From contig NZ_JBJEES010000161.1 in assembly GCF_051873315.1 (NCBI RefSeq), forward strand, positions 1,019 through 65,018: DNA of 64,000 nt. The letters are read 5' to 3'. The stretch comes from Lactobacillus sp. (lineage in GTDB: Bacteria > Bacillota > Bacilli > Lactobacillales > Lactobacillaceae). The notes beneath the pieces were generated by a model. It saw nothing but the letters and a program-made list of their open reading frames with translations, had not been told where the DNA came from and ran no database searches. Made by a program: the position numbers and the translations under genes. Shown here piece after piece: positions 44,233 to 52,572 of this stretch. The first letter of the stretch is position 1. Every line of letters starts with the position of its first letter.

Positions 44233-45753
44233 CTATATTTCATCGATAAAGCGGTCAATCTGCAGGAAGTATTCCACCAATTCCCGGTGCTTTTGCCCGT
44301 CTTTTTCATAGTAGTCCTGCAGATCAGCCAAATCCATCTGCTCCATCAGCTTGGAAGCAGTCTTATCCTTGCTCCAGCTCTGATGGCGCTGTTGCATCAG
44401 GTCATACATGTGCTGCTTAACGTCCTCGTAGGGCTCAAAGATATGAGTCTTCTTGCCTTCTTTAAAAACCAGATAGTTCTCAATCTCCCGCTTAAAAGTA
44501 GCATGGATATGGTCCTGCATCCCCGGGTATTTTGCCCTAATCCGGTGCAAGTGATGCTGGCTCTGCTTGGCTTCTGGCGTCCCTTTATCTGAATCAATCA
44601 AGATGAACCAGGGCTCATTTAGCTTAGAAAAAAGGTCAAAGTTCAGCCAGGCTAATAGACTTCCGCATCCCCCAACCGGCAAGATGAAGAGCCCTTTTTC
44701 AGCAAAAGTCGCCTCTACCATTCCAGCTTCATACATCCACTGGTTGATCTTGGTCACGAAACGAACGTCTTCCTGTCCTTCCACCAAGAGAACGCAGCGG
44801 GACTTGACTGCCCGCTGGTCTGCCGCCAGGCCCAAGCTGCTTGACGCTTCCGCCAAAATCTGGTTGTCACTTAAAAGCTGCTGCTGGCCGGCAACCTTCT
44901 TAATAATCTTAGTCCCTTCCAAAGGCAGAAGACCCATTAAGTGCGGCGTGCGCGGGATCAAAATAACCTGCTTGTTCTTGGCAACCAGCTTCAACAAAGC
45001 TTGAGCGAGCAAGGTCTCATCATCTTCTGACAAATCATTTGCTTCAAAGGCATAGACCACGTTGTCAATATTTGCGTTTTCGCTTTGGGCCAAAAGAAAA
45101 GACAGTATAATCCGGCTGACCTTGGCGGTCCCGCTTACCCCAACTTTTTCCTGCTGCTTGATCAATTCAGCCAAGTCTGGATCTTGAAAGACAAATTGGG
45201 GAGCCGGCTCGCCTAAGTCCCGGTAATTGGCCAAAAGCTGGGAAAGATTGCGGCCCAAACGTTCATCCAAGTAGTCCTGGATCTCCTTGATTTCGGCCGC
45301 CTTGTCGCGGATGGCGCTGCGGACCACAAAATTCAAAGGACTGGATGCCTTTGATTCTTCATCAAAAAAGACATACATCGGCATGCGGGCTAAAAGCTGC
45401 CGGTAATGTCCCCTGTTCTGGTCAGTGACAGCCGTAAATTCTCCTCCGCCTTCCGCGAAGCTATCACTTTCTTCAAGATATTGCTTGAGGTCAAAGGACT
45501 TTCTGATGGCAAAATCATCAAAGTAGCAAGTAATCGCAATTTGCCAGTCCCCAGCCTTGAGGGCTTTCTCATTAAGGTCCTGCAGTTTCAAAGGGCGCTT
45601 AGCCAAGGGACCGTTGAAAAAGATGTCCAAGGCCCGCAGAATGGTCTTCTTGCCAACTTCCCCTTCGCCCAAGAGACTGGTCAAGGGGGCAAATTTCAAC
45701 TTAAAATTGCGATAACCGCGAAAGTTATGCAGCTCAACCGCGCGCAGCAACAT
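44233..45753 (-). CDS. OLD-family-like protein: N-terminal ABC/SMC-type ATPase domain with divergent motifs plus a C-terminal TOPRIM domain
   Basis: N-terminus LRAVELHNFRGYRNFKLKF...LLGEGEVGKKTILRAL is the RecF/OLD-type start, with Walker A reading GK-K rather than GK-S/T. Signature-like VSGTAKVSRIILSFLLAQ. TOPRIM CVLLVEGQEDVRFV (Glu) and WFILIDSDKG (DxD). Confidence 0.65.
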   Translation of the reverse strand: MLLRAVELHNFRGYRNFKLKFAPLTSLLGEGEVGKKTILRALDIFFNGPLAKRPLKLQDLNEKALKAGDWQIAITCYFDDFAIRKSFDLKQYLEESDSFAEGGGEFTAVTDQNRGHYRQLLARMPMYVFFDEESKASSPLNFVVRSAIRDKAAEIKEIQDYLDERLGRNLSQLLANYRDLGEPAPQFVFQDPDLAELIKQQEKVGVSGTAKVSRIILSFLLAQSENANIDNVVYAFEANDLSEDDETLLAQALLKLVAKNKQVILIPRTPHLMGLLPLEGTKIIKKVAGQQQLLSDNQILAEASSSLGLAADQRAVKSRCVLLVEGQEDVRFVTKINQWMYEAGMVEATFAEKGLFILPVGGCGSLLAWLNFDLFSKLNEPWFILIDSDKGTPEAKQSQHHLHRIRAKYPGMQDHIHATFKREIENYLVFKEGKKTHIFEPYEDVKQHMYDLMQQRHQSWSKDKTASKLMEQMDLADLQDYYEKDGQKHRELVEYFLQIDRFIDEI

Positions 45754-45763
45754 GGTTTGCTCC

Positions 45764-46471
45764 TTAATCGGCTTGGTCGCCGTGTCTTTGCCGGTAGTCC
45801 TTCCGGCTCATCTTAACCTTCGGTACCTTTTCAGTTGGGTTGGCCAGTTGCCGGCTGACCCGGTCCAGGCGGGCAGCTTCCGCCTCCCCTTTAGCTTCAG
45901 CTTCCGCGTGTTCCCGGGCTTTGCGGAGTTTTCTTGCCTGGATGTCCCGCATCCACAAGGTTGGCATGATCGATACGGCTCCTAAGAAGGCACCGGTAGT
46001 GTTGGCGATCATGTCATTGACATCATACGTCCCCAGCCCGGTCAACCGCTGGAAATGTTCAATAAACCAGGACAGGCAGAAAGCCATAAAAGTGGTGATC
46101 ATAATGCTGTGCAGCCACTTGGACCAGGATGGAATAATATAGCCCAAGGGCACAAAAAGCAGCACATTCATCAAAAAGCCATAGCGGCCGCCATAGTTTG
46201 AGCTGGCAAAAACTTTTTTCAGCCCCCACTTCCAAAAGGCCGGGTCTTCCAAGACCTCAGAGCTAGCGGCCATTTTCACCGGGTGCTGCCAGTAGTAGAC
46301 GGCAGCCGTCAGCATTCTTGAGGCAAACACATAGTAAATTAATGCACAGCCATAGACAATCGTCACTACCAACCGCAAAAATGAGTTGCCCGTGCGGATG
46401 GCCCAATAGCCGGCAACCACACAGGCAGCAATGACCACAAAGCGGATCAGCAAAGCCAGTTCATGATACAT
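45764..46471 (-). CDS. VanZ-like family membrane protein with a charged cytoplasmic tail
   Basis: NVLLFVPLGY and DVNDMIANTTGAFLGA motifs, four to five TM helices, and a C-terminal REHAEAEAKGEAEAARL tail. Confidence 0.75.
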   Translation of the reverse strand: MYHELALLIRFVVIAACVVAGYWAIRTGNSFLRLVVTIVYGCALIYYVFASRMLTAAVYYWQHPVKMAASSEVLEDPAFWKWGLKKVFASSNYGGRYGFLMNVLLFVPLGYIIPSWSKWLHSIMITTFMAFCLSWFIEHFQRLTGLGTYDVNDMIANTTGAFLGAVSIMPTLWMRDIQARKLRKAREHAEAEAKGEAEAARLDRVSRQLANPTEKVPKVKMSRKDYRQRHGDQAD

Positions 46472-46675
46472 TCTTTTTCACTTCCCCTTACGAATTCCTT
46501 TTTACATATTTTATAACAATCAATTAGCTACCACAAAATTTAATAGTCCGCATATTGAAATAAAGATATTTTTTCTTCTCCATTCAGTCTTCAATTGTTT
46601 TATAATATTTTTAGTAAATGCTGTTAACTAATATATTATTGAATTTGAACGTTTTTCAATGGAAAGGAAAAAGTT

Positions 46676-48322
46676 ATGAACAGAATGCACTTCTCCTCCG
46701 GGAAGAAACTGCTGGCTGCTGGGGCTTTAGCTCTGGCTTTAACAGCCGGCGCTGCCCAGACAAGCCAATTCAAGGCTTTGCTACCGGGTAATGGCGAAGC
46801 CAAGGCTTTTTACGTGCCTACTGACGCTGAATGCCGGTACGTTATCAAGAGCCAGGCAGATATTGACAAGTTCTTTAGTCAGAATATCTTCGTCAGAGAC
46901 TCCCTGCTTGAATTCAAGTTTGAAAACTCCACTCCGATTAAGTTTCCAAAAGACGATGACTTGAAATTGATGCGAGGAGTCAAGTTTGACTTCACCGGCA
47001 AATCAACCGGCAACATTGACTTCAACGGGACCAAAATGATGATCAACCGCCGTTACGGCACCAAGAAAAAGATTGACTGGAATGCCGACTGGCCAGAAAC
47101 TGTCAGAACCAGCTGGACGGTTGAAGGTGACCACAAAGGTCAAGTCATCTCCAACTTAAACGTTTATGGTTCTATTGAAGGATCTGTCAACTCGAAAGGT
47201 GTCGTAACTTCTGACTACAATGGCGGTCTACAAGTTTCCATGCTCCACACCAAGAACGTAACCTTCAAGAATATGAACTTCCACCAAGTTCATTACTACA
47301 ACCGGCATGTCTTTGACGTCATGGGCTGCACCAATATTACTTGGGATGGTTGCCGCTTCTACGGCTACGCTGGTTCTGGCTTCAACCAGGCTGGCTGGAA
47401 TGCTATTTATTCCAAGAACAAAGATCCTCATGGCGTCTACTCAGAAGCTATTGAGCTTGGCGTTGCCACTAAGGCAGACGCTGGTGGTGACCCAAACGTT
47501 AATGAATCTATTTTTGGTAAAAATATGTACGACGGGGCTGGTACTCAAAATGTCACGATCAAAAACTGCTATTTCGGGCCTGAAAAGAATGGCTTGACTG
47601 GTGGTGCCATGATCAATGGCTTAGACAAACGAGCTACCTTCCCTTATGGATCATCTGTTGGTAACCACAGTATCGATGATGTAAGCAAGAAGTCACACTA
47701 CAAGAATCTGAACGTTACTAGTACTACTTTTGAAAACACTGCAGTAGCCACCAACACGACACCGACTTACTACAAGCACATGGCGCCTGTTCACTACCGC
47801 TACTCACCACTTGATACTCCTGCCCAGGTCAACTCCTTGACAGCAAGCAACAATACCTATATCAACGTTCTTGACCGCGGAGACAGTGGTATTCCAGATA
47901 CTTTAAGCGGACAAAATCGGCCGGTCTACAAATTAGATCTGGGTCTGCATAAGGCATGGTTCCGGAATGCGCCTGTTTACCTTGCGACAGTTTCAAATAA
48001 CTTCGCAAAGTTGAACTCACATGGCAGCAAGTACACCAAAGTTGTTTTGGCAAGTTCAGTTAAAAAGACCGCTCCTAAGAAGACTACTAAGAAGAAGGCC
48101 GCAACGAAGACTACTGCTAAGAAGTCAACTAAGAAAACTAGCAAGAAGAAAGTAGCTAAGAAGAAAGTAGCTAAGAAGACTACTGCCAAGAAAGCAACTA
48201 AGAAGGCTGCTAAGAAGACAACCAAGAAGGCTACTGCTAAGAAGACAACTAAGAAAAAGACTGCTAAAAAGTCAAGCAAGAAGAGCAAGAAGAGCACTAA
48301 GAAGACTTCCAAGAAGAAGTAA
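46676..48322 (+). CDS. Secreted protein with a probable right-handed beta-helix (polysaccharide lyase/hydrolase-like) region and a C-terminal poly-Lys/Thr/Ala tail of about 90 aa
   Basis: Signal peptide MNRMHFSSGKKLLAAGALALALTAGAAQ. Recurrent N-[VI]-T-[FIW]-x-N/G-C rungs (NVTFKNMNFH, TNITWDGCRFYG, NVTIKNCYFG, LNVTSTTFEN). Tail KKTAPKKTTKKKAATKTTAKK...KKTSKKK. The fold call is an inference. Confidence 0.5.
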   Translation: MNRMHFSSGKKLLAAGALALALTAGAAQTSQFKALLPGNGEAKAFYVPTDAECRYVIKSQADIDKFFSQNIFVRDSLLEFKFENSTPIKFPKDDDLKLMRGVKFDFTGKSTGNIDFNGTKMMINRRYGTKKKIDWNADWPETVRTSWTVEGDHKGQVISNLNVYGSIEGSVNSKGVVTSDYNGGLQVSMLHTKNVTFKNMNFHQVHYYNRHVFDVMGCTNITWDGCRFYGYAGSGFNQAGWNAIYSKNKDPHGVYSEAIELGVATKADAGGDPNVNESIFGKNMYDGAGTQNVTIKNCYFGPEKNGLTGGAMINGLDKRATFPYGSSVGNHSIDDVSKKSHYKNLNVTSTTFENTAVATNTTPTYYKHMAPVHYRYSPLDTPAQVNSLTASNNTYINVLDRGDSGIPDTLSGQNRPVYKLDLGLHKAWFRNAPVYLATVSNNFAKLNSHGSKYTKVVLASSVKKTAPKKTTKKKAATKTTAKKSTKKTSKKKVAKKKVAKKTTAKKATKKAAKKTTKKATAKKTTKKKTAKKSSKKSKKSTKKTSKKK

Positions 48323-48462
48323 TTCTTCACTCTAACTCTCAAAGTCCGTCAGCAAGGCTGGCGGGCCTTTTCTTTGCTCTGCATCCCAGTACAATTTGTG
48401 TTATCATTTTCTACGGTATTTTTGAAAAATCGTTATTATCAGCAACAGAAAGAAAAACAAAC

Positions 48463-48891
48463 ATGGACAAAGAAAAATTCAACGAATTATGGGACAAGTA
48501 CAAGGACATCATCCCCTACGTCTTCTGGGGCGTCATGACCACCCTGGTCAACATCTTCTCCTACTGGCTTTGCAACAGCATTTTCAAGTGGGATATCATG
48601 CCGGCAACGATCATGGCCCAGTTCCTGTCGATCGTTTTTGCCTACTTGACCAACCGCAAATGGGTTTTCCACAGCCAGGCTTCCACCTTTAAGGAATACG
48701 CCAGCGAAATCGCCAGCTTCTTCGCGGCCAGAATTGGGACTGCCCTCTTGGACATGGCCATCATGTTCATCTTCGCTGAACAAATGCACTTAAATAGCAT
48801 GATCATCAAAATCCTGGCCAACGTGGTCGTCGTTATTGTCAACTACGTGGCTAGCAAGTTCTGGATCTTCAAATCCAAAGACTCAGAATAA
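48463..48891 (+). CDS. GtrA family membrane protein (lipid-linked sugar translocation-associated)
   Basis: 142 aa with four TM helices and YLTNRKWVFHS / NYVASKFWIFK motifs. Confidence 0.85.
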   Translation: MDKEKFNELWDKYKDIIPYVFWGVMTTLVNIFSYWLCNSIFKWDIMPATIMAQFLSIVFAYLTNRKWVFHSQASTFKEYASEIASFFAARIGTALLDMAIMFIFAEQMHLNSMIIKILANVVVVIVNYVASKFWIFKSKDSE

Positions 48892-48999
48892 CTCATTTGG
48901 ATTAATTGCTAAGAAATGGTAATTATTCCGGCTAAAAGTTTCAACTAGTGCATTTTCGTGTTAATCTTGTAGGCAGTTTAACAGAGAGGAAGGGTGAAA

Positions 49000-49449
49000 A
49001 TGCGGAAAAGAAATATGATTTTAGCCTTTTTGGGATGTCTGGGGTCAATCCTCTTGATCAGCGGCTTGACTTTCCAGAATTCCGGCCAGTCAGCCCAGCT
49101 GACCTTGAAGTTTGTCAACTTGTTTGAGAAGGTCCATTTTCACTTAACCGGTACTATGGTGGCTGAGTATCCGATCTACCACATGATGCGGAAGCTGGCC
49201 CACACGGCTGAGTACTTCCTGCTCGGCGCCAGTGCCTGCTACTTCTTCAGCCGCTGGCAAAAGCGCTATGCCTGGTCAGCCCTGGCCCTGTCAGCCGCCT
49301 GGTCTCTCTTTGACCAGACCAGCAAGCTGCTGGTTCCCGGCCGGGAATTCGACCCAACCGACTTTCCTTTCGACATCGCCGGCTACCTGCTCGGGATCGG
49401 CTTGATCCTCTTGCTCCAGCGGCCATGGGCCAAGCGGGCCGTCAACTAA
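49000..49449 (+). CDS. VanZ-like family membrane protein
   Basis: MRKLAHTAEYFLLG and DPTDFPFDIAGYLLGIG motifs. The ATG at 49000 follows GAGGAAGGG. A GTG at 48994 is an alternative start. Confidence 0.7.
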   Translation: MRKRNMILAFLGCLGSILLISGLTFQNSGQSAQLTLKFVNLFEKVHFHLTGTMVAEYPIYHMMRKLAHTAEYFLLGASACYFFSRWQKRYAWSALALSAAWSLFDQTSKLLVPGREFDPTDFPFDIAGYLLGIGLILLLQRPWAKRAVN

Positions 49450-49476
49450 GGCGCTAATACAATTTGCTAATTACTA

Positions 49477-49506
49477 AAAAGAGTGCTTTCGCGGCACTCT
49501 TTTTTC
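49477..49506 (+). terminator. Rho-independent terminator
   Basis: aaaaagagtgc-tttcgc-ggcactctttttt. Confidence 0.6.
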
Positions 49507-49710
49507 ATCTTCAACAATTCCTTGATTCATCATTACTAAATTCGAATTATCATAAACGGCTAAAAATCGTATAATATGTATTGTTTAACATTTACAGTCA
49601 GAAGAAAGGAAAAATTACTAACCCCTCCGCATCCAAAAGATCATACTTTCCTCTCGTCAACAGGCGATACTTTCACAAGAGAATGCGGCGGAGCATTAAA
49701 GGAAAGCTTA

Positions 49711-50757
49711 ATGAAAAAGAACAAATTTACAATTAGCTGGGGAGACTTCAGCCACTACCGAAGCAATATGTTTGGCCTTTCGATCATTGGCATCATGGTC
49801 TTCCACTACTTCGAGCATATTCGCAGCGCCCACCTGCTCATGGCATCAGAGCAGTTCTGGGACTATTATATCGGATCAACCGGAGTGGACTTCTTCCTCT
49901 TTTTGTCAGGAATGGGACTTTTCTATTCCTTGACTAAAAATGACGATATTCGCCAGTTCTACAAGAAAAGGCTGGTCAGAATCCTGCCAGCCTACCTGCT
50001 TGTTTCAGTGCCATTTTTCGTCTGGCGGGACTTTATCCACTTGCATACAGGCGTTTTAACCTTTACCAGAGACCTGCTTTTCCTCAATTTTATTGATCAT
50101 GGTGACACAACTTACTGGTTCATCTTCTTTATAATCGTGATGTACCTGCTTTTTCCCCTCTTGTTCAAATTCTTGGATACCGCGAGCCAGGGAAAAAGAT
50201 TTCTCCGCCTCTTGGCCGTGTTAACCATCTATGCCCTATTTTCCTGGGGGCTTTTCACCTTGAATCACGTAGTCTTTGACAACGTGGACATTGCCTTGTC
50301 CAGAGTGCCGATTTTTGTTCTGGGCTGCTACTTCGCGCCCCGAATTAAGAAAAATGACCGCTTTACCATCTGGCAGATTATCCTCTTTGTGCTCGCGACA
50401 GCACTATTGATGTACTGCAAGTACAATATCCACTTTGGCATCTGGCTGCCCCTTCCTTACTACATCCGCTTGACTAACAGTCTTTGGGCCTTTCCACTGA
50501 TGATCATTAGTCTTTATCTCTGCAAGCTGATCAGCCTCACCAATTTCCTACAAGGCTTTGTTAAAATTTCCGGAGCCTTGTCACTTGAACTATACCTGGG
50601 CCACGTTTCGGCGCGGATTTTTCTCACTGCCCACCACATGTCCTTGTACATTCTTTGGCAATACCTGGTCATGATCGTCCTCTCCTACCTGGGCAGTTTC
50701 CTCTTGAAATGGCTGGAAAACAAGATCCAAGGCCGGCTCTTGCCGCCATCGCGTTAA
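49711..50757 (+). CDS. Acyltransferase family 3 membrane protein (O-acetyltransferase-like)
   Basis: Start at MKKNKF after AAAGGAAAG. About ten TM helices with MVFHYFEH early in the sequence. The 45 upstream ORF-track codons are rejected. Confidence 0.75.
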   Translation: MKKNKFTISWGDFSHYRSNMFGLSIIGIMVFHYFEHIRSAHLLMASEQFWDYYIGSTGVDFFLFLSGMGLFYSLTKNDDIRQFYKKRLVRILPAYLLVSVPFFVWRDFIHLHTGVLTFTRDLLFLNFIDHGDTTYWFIFFIIVMYLLFPLLFKFLDTASQGKRFLRLLAVLTIYALFSWGLFTLNHVVFDNVDIALSRVPIFVLGCYFAPRIKKNDRFTIWQIILFVLATALLMYCKYNIHFGIWLPLPYYIRLTNSLWAFPLMIISLYLCKLISLTNFLQGFVKISGALSLELYLGHVSARIFLTAHHMSLYILWQYLVMIVLSYLGSFLLKWLENKIQGRLLPPSR

Positions 50758-50802
50758 AAATAGAAAGATATAGCATCAAAAGAATAGAAAGGTATTTCTA
50801 AA

Positions 50803-52506
50803 TTGGATATAAAAAATAATCTCCACACTAACAGCGAGAGCAACCCGCGTAAATTGAATTTGATTTACCTGGGCCTTTTGCTCTTCGTTACTTTACTGAC
50901 CACCCTTTACCTGGCCAGCACGAAGGCGATCTTTGCCTTCTCAGACTGGACCTTCCACGCCGCGCGGGTAGAAGAAATCTACCTAAATCTCAAATCTGGC
51001 TCCTTCTTTACTTTTATCGCGGCCAGAACTTTCCACAACACCGGAGCTGCTTCTTTCCTCTTTTACCCATATATTTTCTTTTATCCATGGGCCTTCCTGC
51101 GTTTTGTTCTCTCTCCGGTCAACGCCTTTTACGCTTGGTATGCCCTGGTAACCTTTGCCACGGCCGCAATCAGTTACTTCTCCATGAAGACATATTCCCA
51201 AAAGTCCCTGGCCAGCTTCATCTTCTCCCTGGTCTATACTTTCGCCCCTTACCGGCTCTACTTGGGCGGAGCAGTCTTTGGCGAATACCTGGCTGTAACC
51301 TTCCTGCCCCTGCTTTTTCTTGGCATCTATGAAGTCCTGTGGGGCAATAAGAATAAATGGTACCTCTTGGCCATTGGCGGGGCGCTGATTGCTTATGCCC
51401 ACATCCTCTCAGTTTTTTTGAGTCTGGAATTTGCCGTGATCCTCTTCATCATCAAGCTGATTACAAGCCGCGGCATCAGCGAAGATCGGCTTAAGTCCCT
51501 GTTTTTGGCTGCCAGCGTCTGCATCTTTCTGGTTTTACCAGTGATCGTTCCATTTTTCACTGACTTTATCGGTCAAGGGCTCTCCAGCGCTAAGCCAGGC
51601 ATCAACTATACCATAGGGCCACGCTACCTACTTCTCAACTCCTTCTCAGCCCAAAAGGGCTGGAAGCTGAGCTTCATGCTGATGCTAACAATTTTTACTG
51701 CCTGGGCCTTTATTAAAAGCCGAAGGAACTGGATCATCTATGCTTTGGGCCTCTTTGCCTGCTTCTTAACTACCCGCTACTTCCCTTGGAAGCTCACTGC
51801 TGGCTCGCCTTTTGAAATGGTCCAGCTGACTGCCCGCTATCTTTCTTACGCTTCACTTTTCTTAACCATCCTTTTTGCCTTGGGTAGTAACGACGTACTT
51901 GAAGAACATGTGGCCGACCGAAAAAAGCTTGCCCTCTGCTGCAGCCTGGCCGTCTTCATGGCTCTCTTCTCCCTCAGCTCCCTTTCAGTTTACCGGGATA
52001 CCTTGAAGCGTGTTAAAGACATGCCGAAAACCAGTGCTAACAGCACCCAGCCGGCACCATTCAATCGCTTGCGTGACTATAACTATTACAACCAGTTCAA
52101 TTACAAGATTCTTTTCGGAGCCTTTGACTACATGCCAAAGAGCTCACTGACCAGCGTTCAGAAGCAAAATTCCCTCTTGATACACCAAGCCTACCTTAAT
52201 GGCAAGACTTTAACCTTGAGTCCTTCAATCAAAGCCAATCAAATTACTTACCAAGTCAAGAGTGAAAAAGCAGCTGATATTGACTTGCCAGTAATTGCCT
52301 ACAAGCACACCACTGTCAGCGTTAACAAGCAAAGCCGGCCATTCCACCGCGGAAATCGAGGAACTGTGGTTGTACAGATCAACCGCGGGCAAAACATTGT
52401 CGCGGTTAGTTACAAGGCTAGTCCTGTCCTCTACTTAAGTATCGTCATCAGCATCATCAGCTGGCTCGCCTTACTTATCTACCTATTCAAGTTCAAGACA
52501 AAATAA
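50803..52506 (+). CDS. Large polytopic membrane protein, GT-C-like (YfhO/ArnT-style) candidate glycosyltransferase
   Basis: TTG start. About 12 N-terminal TM helices, a soluble region of about 150 aa and a terminal TM anchor. Assigned by architecture and GtrA neighbourhood only. Confidence 0.4.
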   Translation: MDIKNNLHTNSESNPRKLNLIYLGLLLFVTLLTTLYLASTKAIFAFSDWTFHAARVEEIYLNLKSGSFFTFIAARTFHNTGAASFLFYPYIFFYPWAFLRFVLSPVNAFYAWYALVTFATAAISYFSMKTYSQKSLASFIFSLVYTFAPYRLYLGGAVFGEYLAVTFLPLLFLGIYEVLWGNKNKWYLLAIGGALIAYAHILSVFLSLEFAVILFIIKLITSRGISEDRLKSLFLAASVCIFLVLPVIVPFFTDFIGQGLSSAKPGINYTIGPRYLLLNSFSAQKGWKLSFMLMLTIFTAWAFIKSRRNWIIYALGLFACFLTTRYFPWKLTAGSPFEMVQLTARYLSYASLFLTILFALGSNDVLEEHVADRKKLALCCSLAVFMALFSLSSLSVYRDTLKRVKDMPKTSANSTQPAPFNRLRDYNYYNQFNYKILFGAFDYMPKSSLTSVQKQNSLLIHQAYLNGKTLTLSPSIKANQITYQVKSEKAADIDLPVIAYKHTTVSVNKQSRPFHRGNRGTVVVQINRGQNIVAVSYKASPVLYLSIVISIISWLALLIYLFKFKTK

Positions 52507-52524
52507 ATACAATAGCAAAGCATT

Positions 52525-52560
52525 GAAAAAAGAGTACGCGAGAAATCACGTACTCTTTTT
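52525..52560. terminator. Bidirectional rho-independent terminator
   Basis: aaaaaagagtacg-cgagaaatca-cgtactcttttt. Confidence 0.65.
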
Positions 52561-52572
52561 GAATATAGCCGA

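Noticed and set aside
48062-48319. Highly repetitive AAG/ACT/GCT-rich DNA, considered as a satellite, CRISPR-like or non-coding repeat. The same applies to 41617-41750 and 43915-43990.
   Set aside because: - There is no spacer-repeat periodicity.
- The repeats are in frame and encode the Lys/Thr/Ala tails of secreted proteins.
49576-49710. 45-codon upstream extension of the acyltransferase ORF. It contains an imperfect inverted repeat (ctccgcat ... atgcggcggag) and a direct repeat atactttc, so I considered a regulatory leader.
   Set aside because: - The extension has no SD and no acyltransferase-like sequence.
- The stem is only 6 bp plus a bulge, with a loop of about 50 nt. That is too weak to call a riboswitch or attenuator.
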